Shown here in pieces: positions 1-10,687 of a stretch of DNA of 64,000 nt. This DNA is from Candidatus Limnocylindrales bacterium (GTDB taxonomy: Bacteria > Chloroflexota > Limnocylindria > Limnocylindrales > CSP1-4): positions 13,271-77,270 of the forward strand of contig JBBRXB010000004.1 of the NCBI GenBank assembly GCA_038248915.1. Direction: 5' to 3'. The notes under the pieces were generated by a model. The model did not search any database, was not told the origin of the DNA, and worked only from the letters and a program-made list of their open reading frames with translations. Made by a program: the position numbers and the translations under genes. Numbering within the stretch: position 1 is the first letter of the stretch; the number at the start of each line of letters is the position of its first letter.

Positions 1-881
1 CGGACCCGCCCAGCCTCGCCATCGGCCGGGCCGCCTATTCGATGATCTGCGCGCCCGACGGCGGGATCATCGACGACCTCATCGTCTATCGCCTCGCCGA
101 GTCCCGGTTCCTCATCGTCGCCAATGCCGGCAATGCCGCCGTGGTGTCCGATGCCCTGGCCGAACGCCTGGCCGGATTCCGGGCAGTCCTCGACGATCGC
201 TCGCTGGCGACTGGTCTGATCGCCATCCAAGGTCCGCTCGCGGTCGAGGTCCTCGCGTCGCTGACCGACGTCGATCTGGGCGCGCTCCGCTACTACGCGG
301 CAGCCGAGGGGACCGTGGCCGGCATCGACGGGCTGGTCGCCCGGACGGGCTACACCGGCGAGGACGGTTTCGAGGTCTTCGTCGATACCGCCCATGCCCC
401 GGCGCTGTGGGCAAGCCTCCTCGCCCCGGTCCAGGCGGCGGGCGGGCTGCCGATCGGCCTGGGCGCGCGCGACACGCTGCGGCTCGAGGCCGGGATGCCG
501 CTCTACGGCAACGAGCTCGACCTCGGGACCAACCCATACGAGGCCGGGCTCGGTCGCGTCGTGAAGCTCGGCAAGTCGGGCGAGTTCGTCGGGCGCGCCG
601 CCCTCGAGGAGGTCGCTGCGGACGGCCCGAAGCGCCGGCTGGTCGGGCTCGTCATCGAGGGACGCGGGATCGCCCGTCACGGCTATCCGGTCTGGTCCGG
701 CGACCGACGGACGGGCGTGGTCACGAGCGGGACCCAGTCGCCGACCCTTGGCATCCCGATCGCGATGGCCTACGTCGCACCCGACGACGCCGAGCCGGGT
801 ACCGTTCTCGATATCGAGATCAGGGAAGCGCGTGTACCGGCACGGGTCGTCACCCTGCCGTTCTACAAGAGGAGCAGCTGA
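1..881 (+). CDS. gcvT: Glycine cleavage system T protein (aminomethyltransferase); 5' end outside window
   Basis: Track ORF 42..881 stays open to the window edge. Has GcvT-like motifs [12 protein letters not shown] and [21 protein letters not shown]. Followed directly by gcvH and gcvP. Confidence 0.9.
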   Translation, partial: DPPSLAIGRAAYSMICAPDGGIIDDLIVYRLAESRFLIVANAGNAAVVSDALAERLAGFRAVLDDRSLATGLIAIQGPLAVEVLASLTDVDLGALRYYAAAEGTVAGIDGLVARTGYTGEDGFEVFVDTAHAPALWASLLAPVQAAGGLPIGLGARDTLRLEAGMPLYGNELDLGTNPYEAGLGRVVKLGKSGEFVGRAALEEVAADGPKRRLVGLVIEGRGIARHGYPVWSGDRRTGVVTSGTQSPTLGIPIAMAYVAPDDAEPGTVLDIEIREARVPARVVTLPFYKRSS

Positions 882-885
882 ACCG

Positions 886-1266
886 ATGGTTCCGACCGAC
901 CTGCACTACACGTCCGATCATGAATGGGTCCGGGTCGAGGGCGACCAGGCGACCATCGGCATCACGGCCTACGCGGCCGACCAGCTGGGCGACATCGTCT
1001 TCGTCGAGCTGCCCGACCCCGGACGGACCCTCGCGCAGTTCGCGGCGTTCGGGGTCGTCGAGTCGGTCAAGGCGGTCAGCGACCTGTTCGCACCCGTCAG
1101 CGGCGATGTCACCGAGGCGAACGGCGCGCTCGCGGCCGATCCGGAGCTGGTCAACAGCGACCCGTATGGCGCGGGCTGGATGATCCGGGTCGGGCTGACC
1201 GATCCGGCGCAGCTCGACGGCCTGCTCGACGCGACCGCCTACGACGCCCTCGTCGCCGCCGGCTGA
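886..1266 (+). CDS. gcvH: Glycine cleavage system H protein (lipoyl carrier)
   Basis: ATG at 886 inside track ORF 748..1266. Has [14 protein letters not shown] and the lipoyl-lysine motif VESVKAVSD. 126 aa. Confidence 0.9.
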   Translation: MVPTDLHYTSDHEWVRVEGDQATIGITAYAADQLGDIVFVELPDPGRTLAQFAAFGVVESVKAVSDLFAPVSGDVTEANGALAADPELVNSDPYGAGWMIRVGLTDPAQLDGLLDATAYDALVAAG

Positions 1267-1273
1267 GCGAACG

Positions 1274-2659
1274 GTGCCGTACGGTCCCCATACCGCCGAC
1301 GATCGCGGGCGGATGCTCGCAGCGCTCGGCCTGACCTCGGTCGATCAGCTCTTCGAGGACATCCCGGTCGAGCTCCGCGCCTCGTCGCTCGACCTGCCCG
1401 AGCCGGAGCCGGAGCTCGAGCTGGCGGCGCGCCTGAGCGGCCTGGCGGCCCGCAACCGGACCGACCTCGCGTCGTTCCTGGGGGCCGGCGCCTATCGTCA
1501 CTGGAGCCCGCCGGCGGTCGACCAGCTCCTGCTCCGAGGCGAGTGGTACACGGCCTACACGCCGTATCAACCTGAGATCAGCCAGGGCACCCTGCAGAGC
1601 ATCTACGAGTACGAATCGCTGCTGGCCGAGCTGGTCGACCTCGACGTCGTGTCCGCCTCGCACTACGACGGCGCGGCCGCCACCGCCGAGGCCGCACTCA
1701 TGACCTGCCGGGCGACGCGACGCGAGCGGGTCCTCATCTCGCGCGGCGTCCACCCGCACTACAGGGCGACCACGCGGACGTACTTCGAGGGCGGGCTGCA
1801 GCTCGACGAGATCCCGCTGGTGACCGAGGGCGAGGCGGCAGGCACCACGGACCTGGCCGCGCTCGAGCGGATGCTGGCTGACCCCGACCAGCCGGTGGCC
1901 GGGGTCATCGCCGCTCAGCCGGACTTCCTCGGCCTGCTCGAGTCGATGCCGGAGATCGGCCGGCTCGCGCACGCGGCGGGCGCCCTGTTCGTGGCGGTCA
2001 TCGAGCCGGTCAGCCTGGCCGTCCTCGCACCGCCCGGCAGCTACGGGGCGGACATCGCGGCGGGCGAAGGACAGCCCCTCGGGATCGCCCCGCAGTACGG
2101 CGGCCCGTATCTCGGGATCCTGGCCTCGACCGACGCGCTCGTCCGGCAGATCCCCGGCCGGCTGGTCGGGATGACGACCGACCTCGACGGCAAGCGCGCC
2201 TTCGTGATGACCATGCGCGCGCGAGAGCAGGACATTCGGCGCGACAAGGCGGCCAGCAACATCTGCACCAACCAGGCCCTGCTGGCCCTGGCCGCGTCGA
2301 TCTACCTGGCGACCATCGGGCCGCACGGGCTGCGCGACGTGGCGGCGCTCGGTGCCAGCCGGGCGACGGAACTGGAGGCGGCGCTGCTGGCCGCCGGCGC
2401 CGAGCGTCTCCACCCGGGGCCGTATCTCAACGAGTTCGTCATCCGGGTCCCGGGCGCGCGGACGGTCCATCGCCGGCTCCTCGACGAGGGCATCCTGGCC
2501 GGCCTCGTGCTGGCCGATGCCGAGCCCGACGACCCGAGCCTGGCCGACGGTCTGCTGGTGTGCGCCACGGAGGTCACGACCTCGACCGAGATCACGGCCT
2601 TCGCCGTCGCCCTGGCCGCGGTCCTTGGCCACACGGACATCCCGGTGGCGGCCCGATGA
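1274..2659 (+). CDS. gcvPA: Glycine dehydrogenase (decarboxylating) subunit 1
   Basis: GTG start, 461 aa. AYTPYQPEISQG motif typical of the N-terminal half of a split P protein. Operon context. Confidence 0.9.
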   Translation: MPYGPHTADDRGRMLAALGLTSVDQLFEDIPVELRASSLDLPEPEPELELAARLSGLAARNRTDLASFLGAGAYRHWSPPAVDQLLLRGEWYTAYTPYQPEISQGTLQSIYEYESLLAELVDLDVVSASHYDGAAATAEAALMTCRATRRERVLISRGVHPHYRATTRTYFEGGLQLDEIPLVTEGEAAGTTDLAALERMLADPDQPVAGVIAAQPDFLGLLESMPEIGRLAHAAGALFVAVIEPVSLAVLAPPGSYGADIAAGEGQPLGIAPQYGGPYLGILASTDALVRQIPGRLVGMTTDLDGKRAFVMTMRAREQDIRRDKAASNICTNQALLALAASIYLATIGPHGLRDVAALGASRATELEAALLAAGAERLHPGPYLNEFVIRVPGARTVHRRLLDEGILAGLVLADAEPDDPSLADGLLVCATEVTTSTEITAFAVALAAVLGHTDIPVAAR

Positions 2660-4155
2660 GCGTTGTCGGCGACAAGCTCCAACCGACGCTGTTCGAACGC
2701 GGCCGTCCGGGTCGTGGCGGGGGCAAGATCCCGCACCCCCCGAAGGATGCCCTGGATCGCGTGCCGGCCGACGCCCGACGGGTCGTCCCGCCGGCCCTGC
2801 CCGAAATGAACGAGCCCGACGTCGTCCGCCACTACGTCAACCTGTCCCAGCTCAACTACGCGGTCGACACCGGGTTCTACCCGCTCGGCTCGTGCACCAT
2901 GAAGTTCAACCCCAAGCTCAACGAGTGGGCCGCCCGGCTGCCTGGTTTTGCCAACCTCCACCCGATGGCGCCCGACGAGGTCGCCCAGGGCACGCTCCAG
3001 CTGCTGTGGGAGCTCGAGCATGCGCTGGCCGAGATCTCGGGGATGCAGGCGGTGACGCTCCAGCCGGCCGCCGGCGCGCAAGGCGAGCTGACCGGCATCC
3101 TGATGATCCGCGCGCATCACCGGGCGACCGGTCAGGCCGGCCGCGACGAGGTGCTCGTCCCGGACTCCAGCCACGGCACCAACCCCGCGACGGCGACGAT
3201 GGCCGGCTATCGCACGATCACCATCCCGTCGGCCCCGGATGGCGGAGTCGATGTCGAGGCCTTCCGGGCCGCGCTCGGACCGAAGACGGCAGCGGTGATG
3301 ATCACCAACCCGTCGACCCTTGGTCTGTTCGAGACGCGGATCGGCGAGCTGCTCGAGGCCGTCCACGAAGCCGGCGCGCTGGCCTATATGGACGGGGCCA
3401 ACCTCAACGCCATCCTGGGCCGGTTCAAGCCCGGTGAGGCCGGCTTCGATGTCATGCATTTCAATGTGCACAAGACGTTCTCCACGCCGCACGGCGGCGG
3501 GGGGCCGGGCGCCGGCCCGGTCGGGGTCGGGGAACGGCTCATCCCGTACCTGCCCGCGCCGCGGGTCCTGCGCGACGACGATGGCACGTTCCGGCTCGAA
3601 CGCCCCGGGGAACGGCCGACCTCGATCGGACGGTTGCGTGCGTTCGTCGGCAACACCGGTGTCCTGGTCCGCGCGTACGCGTACATCCGGGCGCATGGCG
3701 CCAGCGGGCTGCGCGAGGTCAGCGACGATGCGGTGCTGGCCGCCAACTACCTGCGCTCTCGCCTGGCCGACACCTACGACATCCCGTTCGACCGCACCTG
3801 CAAGCACGAGTTCGTGGCGTCCGCCGCGACGATCAAGCGGCGGACCGGCGTCCGGACGTTGGACATCGCCAAGCGGCTCATCGATTACGGCTATCACCCG
3901 CCGACGATCTACTTCCCGCTGACGGTCGAGGAGGCGATGCTCATCGAGCCGACCGAGACCGAATCGGTCGAGACGCTCGACGCCTTCGCCGACGCGCTCA
4001 TCGCCATCGCGGCCGAGGCGGATTCGACGCCGGACCTGATCACGAGCGCTCCCCACGACGCTCCCGTCCGACGCCTCGACGAGACCACCGCGGCGCGTCA
4101 GCCGAACCTTCGCTGGCGTCCGATGACGGGCGCCGAGACCCCCTGCCCGGATTGA
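2656..4155 (+). CDS. gcvPB: Glycine dehydrogenase (decarboxylating) subunit 2
   Basis: ATG 2656 overlaps the gcvPA stop (ATGA). PLP-lysine region HFNVHKTFSTPHGGGGPG. Internal start within track ORF 2560..4155. Confidence 0.9.
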   Translation: MSVVGDKLQPTLFERGRPGRGGGKIPHPPKDALDRVPADARRVVPPALPEMNEPDVVRHYVNLSQLNYAVDTGFYPLGSCTMKFNPKLNEWAARLPGFANLHPMAPDEVAQGTLQLLWELEHALAEISGMQAVTLQPAAGAQGELTGILMIRAHHRATGQAGRDEVLVPDSSHGTNPATATMAGYRTITIPSAPDGGVDVEAFRAALGPKTAAVMITNPSTLGLFETRIGELLEAVHEAGALAYMDGANLNAILGRFKPGEAGFDVMHFNVHKTFSTPHGGGGPGAGPVGVGERLIPYLPAPRVLRDDDGTFRLERPGERPTSIGRLRAFVGNTGVLVRAYAYIRAHGASGLREVSDDAVLAANYLRSRLADTYDIPFDRTCKHEFVASAATIKRRTGVRTLDIAKRLIDYGYHPPTIYFPLTVEEAMLIEPTETESVETLDAFADALIAIAAEADSTPDLITSAPHDAPVRRLDETTAARQPNLRWRPMTGAETPCPD

Positions 4156-4199
4156 TTCGTGCGGACGTGGCGCCAAGCGAACGCTCGTTAGGTTGTTAG

Positions 4200-4228
4200 T
4201 TGACAGTCGCACGGGCGCTGTGGATAGT
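4200..4228 (+). promoter_or_regulatory. Candidate sigma70-type promoter for the first peptide ABC operon
   Basis: TTGACA (4200-4205), 17-nt spacer, GATAGT (4223-4228). Lies about 170 nt upstream of the ATG at 4398. Confidence 0.3.
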
Positions 4229-4397
4229 ACCGGCAGCGCACCGACCCGATCCGTGCTGCCGCTGCTGTTCGCCTATCGTCCCTGTTTGAGCGGGAGGCTC
4301 GACCTGGAGGCTGGGTGAACATCGCGACGTTGAACTGCGGGGATCGGGCCGCGGTAGCGGGAGTCATCGGGTACGTCACCCGTTCGAAGGAGAATCC

Positions 4398-6179
4398 ATG
4401 CAGAAACGATTGTTTGGCATCCTGGCCAGCATCGCCGTCATCGTGGCGGCGTGCGGCGGTGCCACCACCACGTCGCCGCCGCAGGCATCCACTGCGCCGG
4501 GCTCGTCCACGACGCCAGTCGAGTCGGCGGCCCCGAGCGCGGCCGACTTGGCAGCTGATCAGACCCTGCACATCGGGCTCGACGGTGAGCCCCCGACGTT
4601 GGACCCCAACAAGGCGCAGGATTCGACATCGATCGCGGTCCTCCACGCCCTCCACCGGGGCCTGCTCTACCTCGACGCCAAGGGTCAGGTCGTGCCCGCG
4701 CTCGCGACGGCGCTCCCGACGGTATCGGCCGACTCGAAGACCTTGACCTTCACGCTGAAGGATGGGCTGAAGTACAGCAACGGCGACCCGATCGTCGCCG
4801 GTGATTTCGTCTACAGCATCCAGCGGACGCTCGACCCGCGGCTCGCTGCCCCGTACGCGTACGTCCTGTGCGAGATCCAGGGTGCTGATTTGCTCCTGGG
4901 CGCGGCCCTCGGCTGCGGCAGCAAGACGGCCCCGACCGCGGATGCCGACATCGCGGCGGCCCTCGCCAAGCTCGGCGTTGCGGCGCCGGACGACAAGACC
5001 GTCGTCATCACGCTGGCCCGCCCGGCGACCTACTTCACGAGCGTGCTCGCGCTGTGGATCGCGGTCCCGGTCCAGAAGAAGTGGATCACCAGCGCGAATG
5101 CGACCGAGGCCGCCAACTACGTGAGCTCCGGCCCGTTCATCATGACCGACTGGAAGCACAACAGTTCCATCGTCCTCAAGCCGAACCCGAATTGGTCCGG
5201 CGACGTCAAGCCGACCCTGACTGAGATCGACATGGCGATCACCCAGGAGCCAGCCCAACAGCAGGCGGCCTTCGAGAATGGTGAGATCGCCATGGTCGCG
5301 ACCCCGAGCGAGGACATCCAGCGCGTCAAGGCCGATCCGGTCCTTGGTCCGCAGGTCCAGGAGATCCCGACGACCGCGATCACCTATTACGACTATAACA
5401 ACGGTGTCGACCCGAAGACCCTCAAGCCGTTCGCGAAGTGCGCTAGCCCGAAGGCCTGCCCGACGACCAACAAGGACTTCCGGATCGCGCTCACCCAGGC
5501 GATCGACAAGACGGCCTTCATCAATGCCACCTTCGCTGGCGTCGGCGCACCGGCCAACAGCTTCGTGATGCCGGGCATCGCGGGTTACCAGAAGGATCTG
5601 GACCCGTATCCGTTCGACCTTGCCTCGGCGAAGACCCACATGGCGACTGCCTTGGCGGCCCTCGGCGTGCCCGACGCCGCTTCGCTCGGCAAGCTGAAGT
5701 TCGGCTTCAACACCGGTGGCGGCCACGAGCCGCGCGTCGCGTTCCTGGCCGAGGCCTGGCGACAGGCGTTCGGTCTCCAGACCGAGCAGATCGGTAGCGA
5801 GTTCAGCGTCTTCCTCACGCAGCGGACAGCCGGTCTCTACGACATCGCTCGCGACGGCTGGGGCGCCGACTATCCGCATGCGCAGAACCAGCTCGGTCTG
5901 TTCGTCTGCGGCGGCGGCAACAACGACATCCAGTACTGCAACCCGGATTTCGACAAGCTGATGGCCCAGGCCGCTGGCGAGCCGGATCAAACGAAGCAGA
6001 CGGACCTGTACGAGCAGGCCCAGACGATCCTGTTCAACGACGCGTCGATGCTGCCGCTACGCTTCGGCCTCACCACCTATGAGATCGCGCCATACCTTGG
6101 CGGCATCACGATCTCCATCAACGATTCGCGGCTGCCCGGCGACGCGCAGTACGAGACGATGTTCATCAAGAAGCAGTAA
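4398..6179 (+). CDS. Peptide/nickel ABC transporter substrate-binding lipoprotein (family 5, OppA/DppA-like)
   Basis: 593 aa. Lipoprotein signal MQKRLFGILASIAVIVAACGG. GGAG-type RBS. First gene of an SBP, 2 permeases, 2 ATPases operon. Confidence 0.85.
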   Translation: MQKRLFGILASIAVIVAACGGATTTSPPQASTAPGSSTTPVESAAPSAADLAADQTLHIGLDGEPPTLDPNKAQDSTSIAVLHALHRGLLYLDAKGQVVPALATALPTVSADSKTLTFTLKDGLKYSNGDPIVAGDFVYSIQRTLDPRLAAPYAYVLCEIQGADLLLGAALGCGSKTAPTADADIAAALAKLGVAAPDDKTVVITLARPATYFTSVLALWIAVPVQKKWITSANATEAANYVSSGPFIMTDWKHNSSIVLKPNPNWSGDVKPTLTEIDMAITQEPAQQQAAFENGEIAMVATPSEDIQRVKADPVLGPQVQEIPTTAITYYDYNNGVDPKTLKPFAKCASPKACPTTNKDFRIALTQAIDKTAFINATFAGVGAPANSFVMPGIAGYQKDLDPYPFDLASAKTHMATALAALGVPDAASLGKLKFGFNTGGGHEPRVAFLAEAWRQAFGLQTEQIGSEFSVFLTQRTAGLYDIARDGWGADYPHAQNQLGLFVCGGGNNDIQYCNPDFDKLMAQAAGEPDQTKQTDLYEQAQTILFNDASMLPLRFGLTTYEIAPYLGGITISINDSRLPGDAQYETMFIKKQ

Positions 6180-6197
6180 TCGCCGACGGCGATCTGT

Positions 6198-6231
6198 GCC
6201 GGTGGGTCGGCCGCGAGGCCGGCCCACCGGG
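6198..6231 (+). terminator. GC-rich stem-loop after the SBP gene (intercistronic attenuator or mRNA stabiliser)
   Basis: GCCGGTGGGTCGGCC-gcga-GGCCGGCCCACCGG: near-perfect stem of about 14 bp. No T-tract. Confidence 0.35.
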
Positions 6232-6274
6232 CCATCCCACCAATGCGCAGAACCCGTCTTAGCAGAGAGATACC

Positions 6275-7192
6275 GTGATCGCCTATATCGGTCGACGCCT
6301 CCTCTGGATCATCCCGGTCTTGTTCACGGTCTCGGTCATCACGTTCTTTCTGATGCACTCGGTTCCCGGCGGGCCATGGGACCGCGAAAAGCATCTACCG
6401 CAGGGCACGCAGGATCGACTCAATGCCCAGTACGGGCTGGATCAGCCGATCTACGTCCAGTACGCCCGCTGGGCCGGGGCGTTCATCCAAGGTGACCTTG
6501 GGCCTTCCTATCGCTTCCAGGATCGAACGGTCAACGACATCGTCGCTGACGGCATCTGGACGACGGTGCAGCTCGGTGTCATGGCGTTTCTGCTTGCCGT
6601 AGCGGTCGGCATCCCGCTCGGGATCTTCGCGGCGCTGGGCCACAACAAGGCGCCCGACTACATCGCAACCAGCATCTCGATCATCGGCATCGCCACGCCC
6701 GTCTTCGTGCTTGGCATCCTGATGACCGTGTTCTTCGCGGTCCAATTAGGCTGGTTCCCGACCGGTGGCTGGAAGGGTCCGCAATACTGGGTTCTGCCGA
6801 CGATCGCCCTGGCCGGGTTCCCCATCGCGATCATCGCGCGATACACCCGGGCCTCGATGCTCGAGGTGACCCGCAAGGACTACATCCGGACGGCGCAGAG
6901 CAAGGGCCTTCGTGACCAGGCGGTCGTGTCGCGCCACATGATCCGGAACGCGCTCATCCCGGTCGTGACCATCCTCGGGCCGACCCTGGCCTTCCTGGTC
7001 ACCGGTTCGTTCATCATCGAGCGGATCTTCGGGATCCCGGGCGTCGGACAGTACTACATCACCGCGATCGGTACGAGGGATTACAGCCTGCTGATGGCGA
7101 TGACGATGCTCTACGCCTTTGCCGTGGCATTCCTCAACGTCGTGGTCGATGTGCTGTATGCCTACATCGACCCCAGGATCCGGTACAGCTAG
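6275..7192 (+). CDS. Peptide ABC transporter permease (OppB/DppB-like)
   Basis: 305 aa, multiple hydrophobic helices. N-terminus IAYIGRRLLWIIPVLF is typical of the family. Operon position. Confidence 0.85.
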   Translation: MIAYIGRRLLWIIPVLFTVSVITFFLMHSVPGGPWDREKHLPQGTQDRLNAQYGLDQPIYVQYARWAGAFIQGDLGPSYRFQDRTVNDIVADGIWTTVQLGVMAFLLAVAVGIPLGIFAALGHNKAPDYIATSISIIGIATPVFVLGILMTVFFAVQLGWFPTGGWKGPQYWVLPTIALAGFPIAIIARYTRASMLEVTRKDYIRTAQSKGLRDQAVVSRHMIRNALIPVVTILGPTLAFLVTGSFIIERIFGIPGVGQYYITAIGTRDYSLLMAMTMLYAFAVAFLNVVVDVLYAYIDPRIRYS

Positions 7193-7204
7193 GAGACGCG
7201 CGAG

Positions 7205-8149
7205 ATGGCGACGAACACGACGGTCGTCCCGGCCCGGCTCGCCAAGCCGAAAGCTGCCGCCGGACCGTGGCGCGAGGCCTTCGGCCGGCTCGTCAGGAAC
7301 AAGCTGGCGGTGCTCGGCCTTATCCTGGTGTCGCTGCTGCTGTTCTGCGGGATCTTCGGTCCGCTGATCGCGCCCTGGCCGTACCAGGATCAGGATCTCC
7401 AGGCGATCTTCGCCAACGGCAACCGGCCATTGCCGCCGCTCTCCCCGAACCACATCCTCGGCACCGACCAGCTTGGTCGCGACCTGCTCAGCCGTCTGCT
7501 TGACGGGGCGCGGATCAGCGTCACGGTCGCCTTCGTCGTCCAGTTCGTGATCATCTTCATCGGCGTGCCGGTCGGCGCGTTCTCGGGATGGTTCGGCGGT
7601 CGGACAGACAATTTCATGATGCGACTCACTGACGTCTTCTATGCGTTCCCGGACCTCCTGTTCATCATCCTGCTGTCGGTCGCCTTTCGCGAGACCGTCT
7701 TCGGTCAGGCACTGGACGGGCTCTTGCTCGTGTTCGTGGCCATCGGCCTTGTCGGCTGGGTCACCGTGGCGCGGCTGACGCGTGGCCAGATGCTGGCGCT
7801 CAAGGAGACAGAGTTCGTCGAGGCGGCCAAGGCCATCGGCGTCTCGGATCGCAAGATCGTGATGCGCCACCTGCTGCCCAACGGCATGGGTCCGATCATC
7901 GTTGCCATCACGCTCGGCGTGCCGGTGGCCATCCTGGCTGAGGCGACGCTGGCCTATATCGGGATCGGCGTCCAGCCGCCACGCGCGTCGTGGGGCAGCC
8001 TCATCGCCGAGGGCCAGAAGTACATCCGCTCCGAGCCGCACCTGGTGATCTTTCCGGCGATCTTCATCGCGCTCGCGTTGATCGGCTTTACCTTCCTCGG
8101 TGACGGTCTGCGCGACGCGCTCGACCCGAAGCTCAAGGGAAAGCAATAG
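7205..8149 (+). CDS. Peptide ABC transporter permease (OppC/DppC-like)
   Basis: 314 aa. HILGTDQLGRDLLSRL motif typical of OppC/DppC N-terminal region. Operon position. Confidence 0.85.
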   Translation: MATNTTVVPARLAKPKAAAGPWREAFGRLVRNKLAVLGLILVSLLLFCGIFGPLIAPWPYQDQDLQAIFANGNRPLPPLSPNHILGTDQLGRDLLSRLLDGARISVTVAFVVQFVIIFIGVPVGAFSGWFGGRTDNFMMRLTDVFYAFPDLLFIILLSVAFRETVFGQALDGLLLVFVAIGLVGWVTVARLTRGQMLALKETEFVEAAKAIGVSDRKIVMRHLLPNGMGPIIVAITLGVPVAILAEATLAYIGIGVQPPRASWGSLIAEGQKYIRSEPHLVIFPAIFIALALIGFTFLGDGLRDALDPKLKGKQ

Positions 8150-9255
<1,106 letters not shown>

Positions 9256-9259
<4 letters not shown>

Positions 9260-10557
9260 CCGCGACCGCGTCACGCGGCGATGCCCCGGCGCAGCCGGCC
9301 CTGCCCGCTCACGACGAGGGCAACATCGTCGAGGTCAACGACCTCAAGGTCCATTTCCCGATCCGGGCCGGCATCTTCAAGACGGTCAGGGGCTCGGTCA
9401 AGGCGGTCGACGGGGTGACCCTCGAGGTCCGTCGAGGCGAGACCCTCGGGCTGGTGGGCGAATCCGGCTGCGGCAAGAGCACGATCGGCCGGGCGATGAT
9501 CCGGCTGCGCGAGGCCACGAGCGGCACGGTGCGGTTCGATGGGGTCGACCTGTTCAGCCTCAAGACCGACGAGTTGCGCAAGTACCGGCGTCGGATGCAG
9601 ATCATCTTCCAGGACCCGTACGGCTCGCTCGATCCGCGAATGACCGTCGGCTCGATCGTCAGCGAGCCGATCGAGACCCATCACCTGGCCGACGGCCGGG
9701 CCAAGGACGACCGGGTCGCCGAGCTGCTCGAGCTGGTCGGCCTCGACCCGCAATACATCAAGCGGTACCCGCACGAGTTCTCGGGCGGGCAGCGTCAGCG
9801 GATCGGGGTCGCCCGGGCGCTCGCCGTGGAGCCGGAGTTCATCGTCTGCGACGAGCCGATCTCCGCGCTCGACGTGTCCATCCAGGCGCAGGTCCTGAAC
9901 CTGCTGACCGACCTCCGCAAGCGGCTCGGTCTGACCTACCTGTTCGTCGCGCACGACCTGTCCGTGGTCAAGCACATCAGCGATCGTGTCGCGGTCATGT
10001 ACCTCGGCCGGATCGTCGAGATCGGACCGCCCGAGACGCTCTATGCGGGGCCCGGCCATCCGTACACGCGGGCCCTCCTGTCGGCCGTGCCGATCCCGGA
10101 TCCGGTCGCCGAGCGGATGCGCAAGCGGGTCATCCTGAAAGGCGACGTCCCGAGCCCGGTCAACCCGCCGCCCGGCTGCCGGTTCCATACCCGCTGCTGG
10201 CTGTACGAGCGCCTCGGCCAGCCGGAGAATTGCCGGACGATCGACCCGGAGCTCAAGACGGTGGCCGAGATCGCCGATCACCAGGCGGCCTGCCATTACG
10301 CCGACGAGGCGCTCAAGACCGATGTCGGCGTGGCCCATTTCGGCGCCACGCCGCTGGTTCGGCGCGGGACGCCGGCCGCCGCCCTGGCCTCGCTCGAGAA
10401 GACCGGTCGGCTCGACCTAGCCGATCGCACGCCGCTGGGTCCCCCGGCCTTCCCGGACGATGCCGAGCACCCGGGCAGGACGCGCGCGACGGATGGATTC
10501 GCGACCGAGGCCCCCGACCAGACCGACACGCCGACCGACCTGCAGAGCCCGTTCTGA
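9256..10557 (+). CDS. Peptide ABC transporter ATP-binding protein (OppF/DppF-like) with an extended C-terminal tail
   Basis: ATG 9256 overlaps the upstream stop (ATGA). Has [28 protein letters not shown]. About 100 low-complexity residues after the conserved C-terminal domain. Confidence 0.85.
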
Positions 10558-10687
10558 GGCGGCAACGGGTCGCTCCGATGGAAATGCGTCCGTGGAAGTC
10601 CCACGGTATCCTGTCCCGCGTTCGGGTCATCCGCCACCCTTCCACGCTGTCGGTGCTGGTGGTGGCCCACAAGGAGGAGGAGGATCA

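Noticed and set aside
1151-4212. Very long minus-strand ORFs (1151..2632 and 2302..4212) antisense to gcvPA/gcvPB. Similar cases are 6746..9274, 9271..10338, 10847..12496, 12343..13758, 14094..15662, 15421..16461 and 20670..23051.
   Set aside because: These are typical high-GC antisense open frames. They are Arg/Gly/Pro/Asp-rich low-complexity translations with no recognisable motifs. Each is fully overlapped by a plus-strand gene with clear family signatures.
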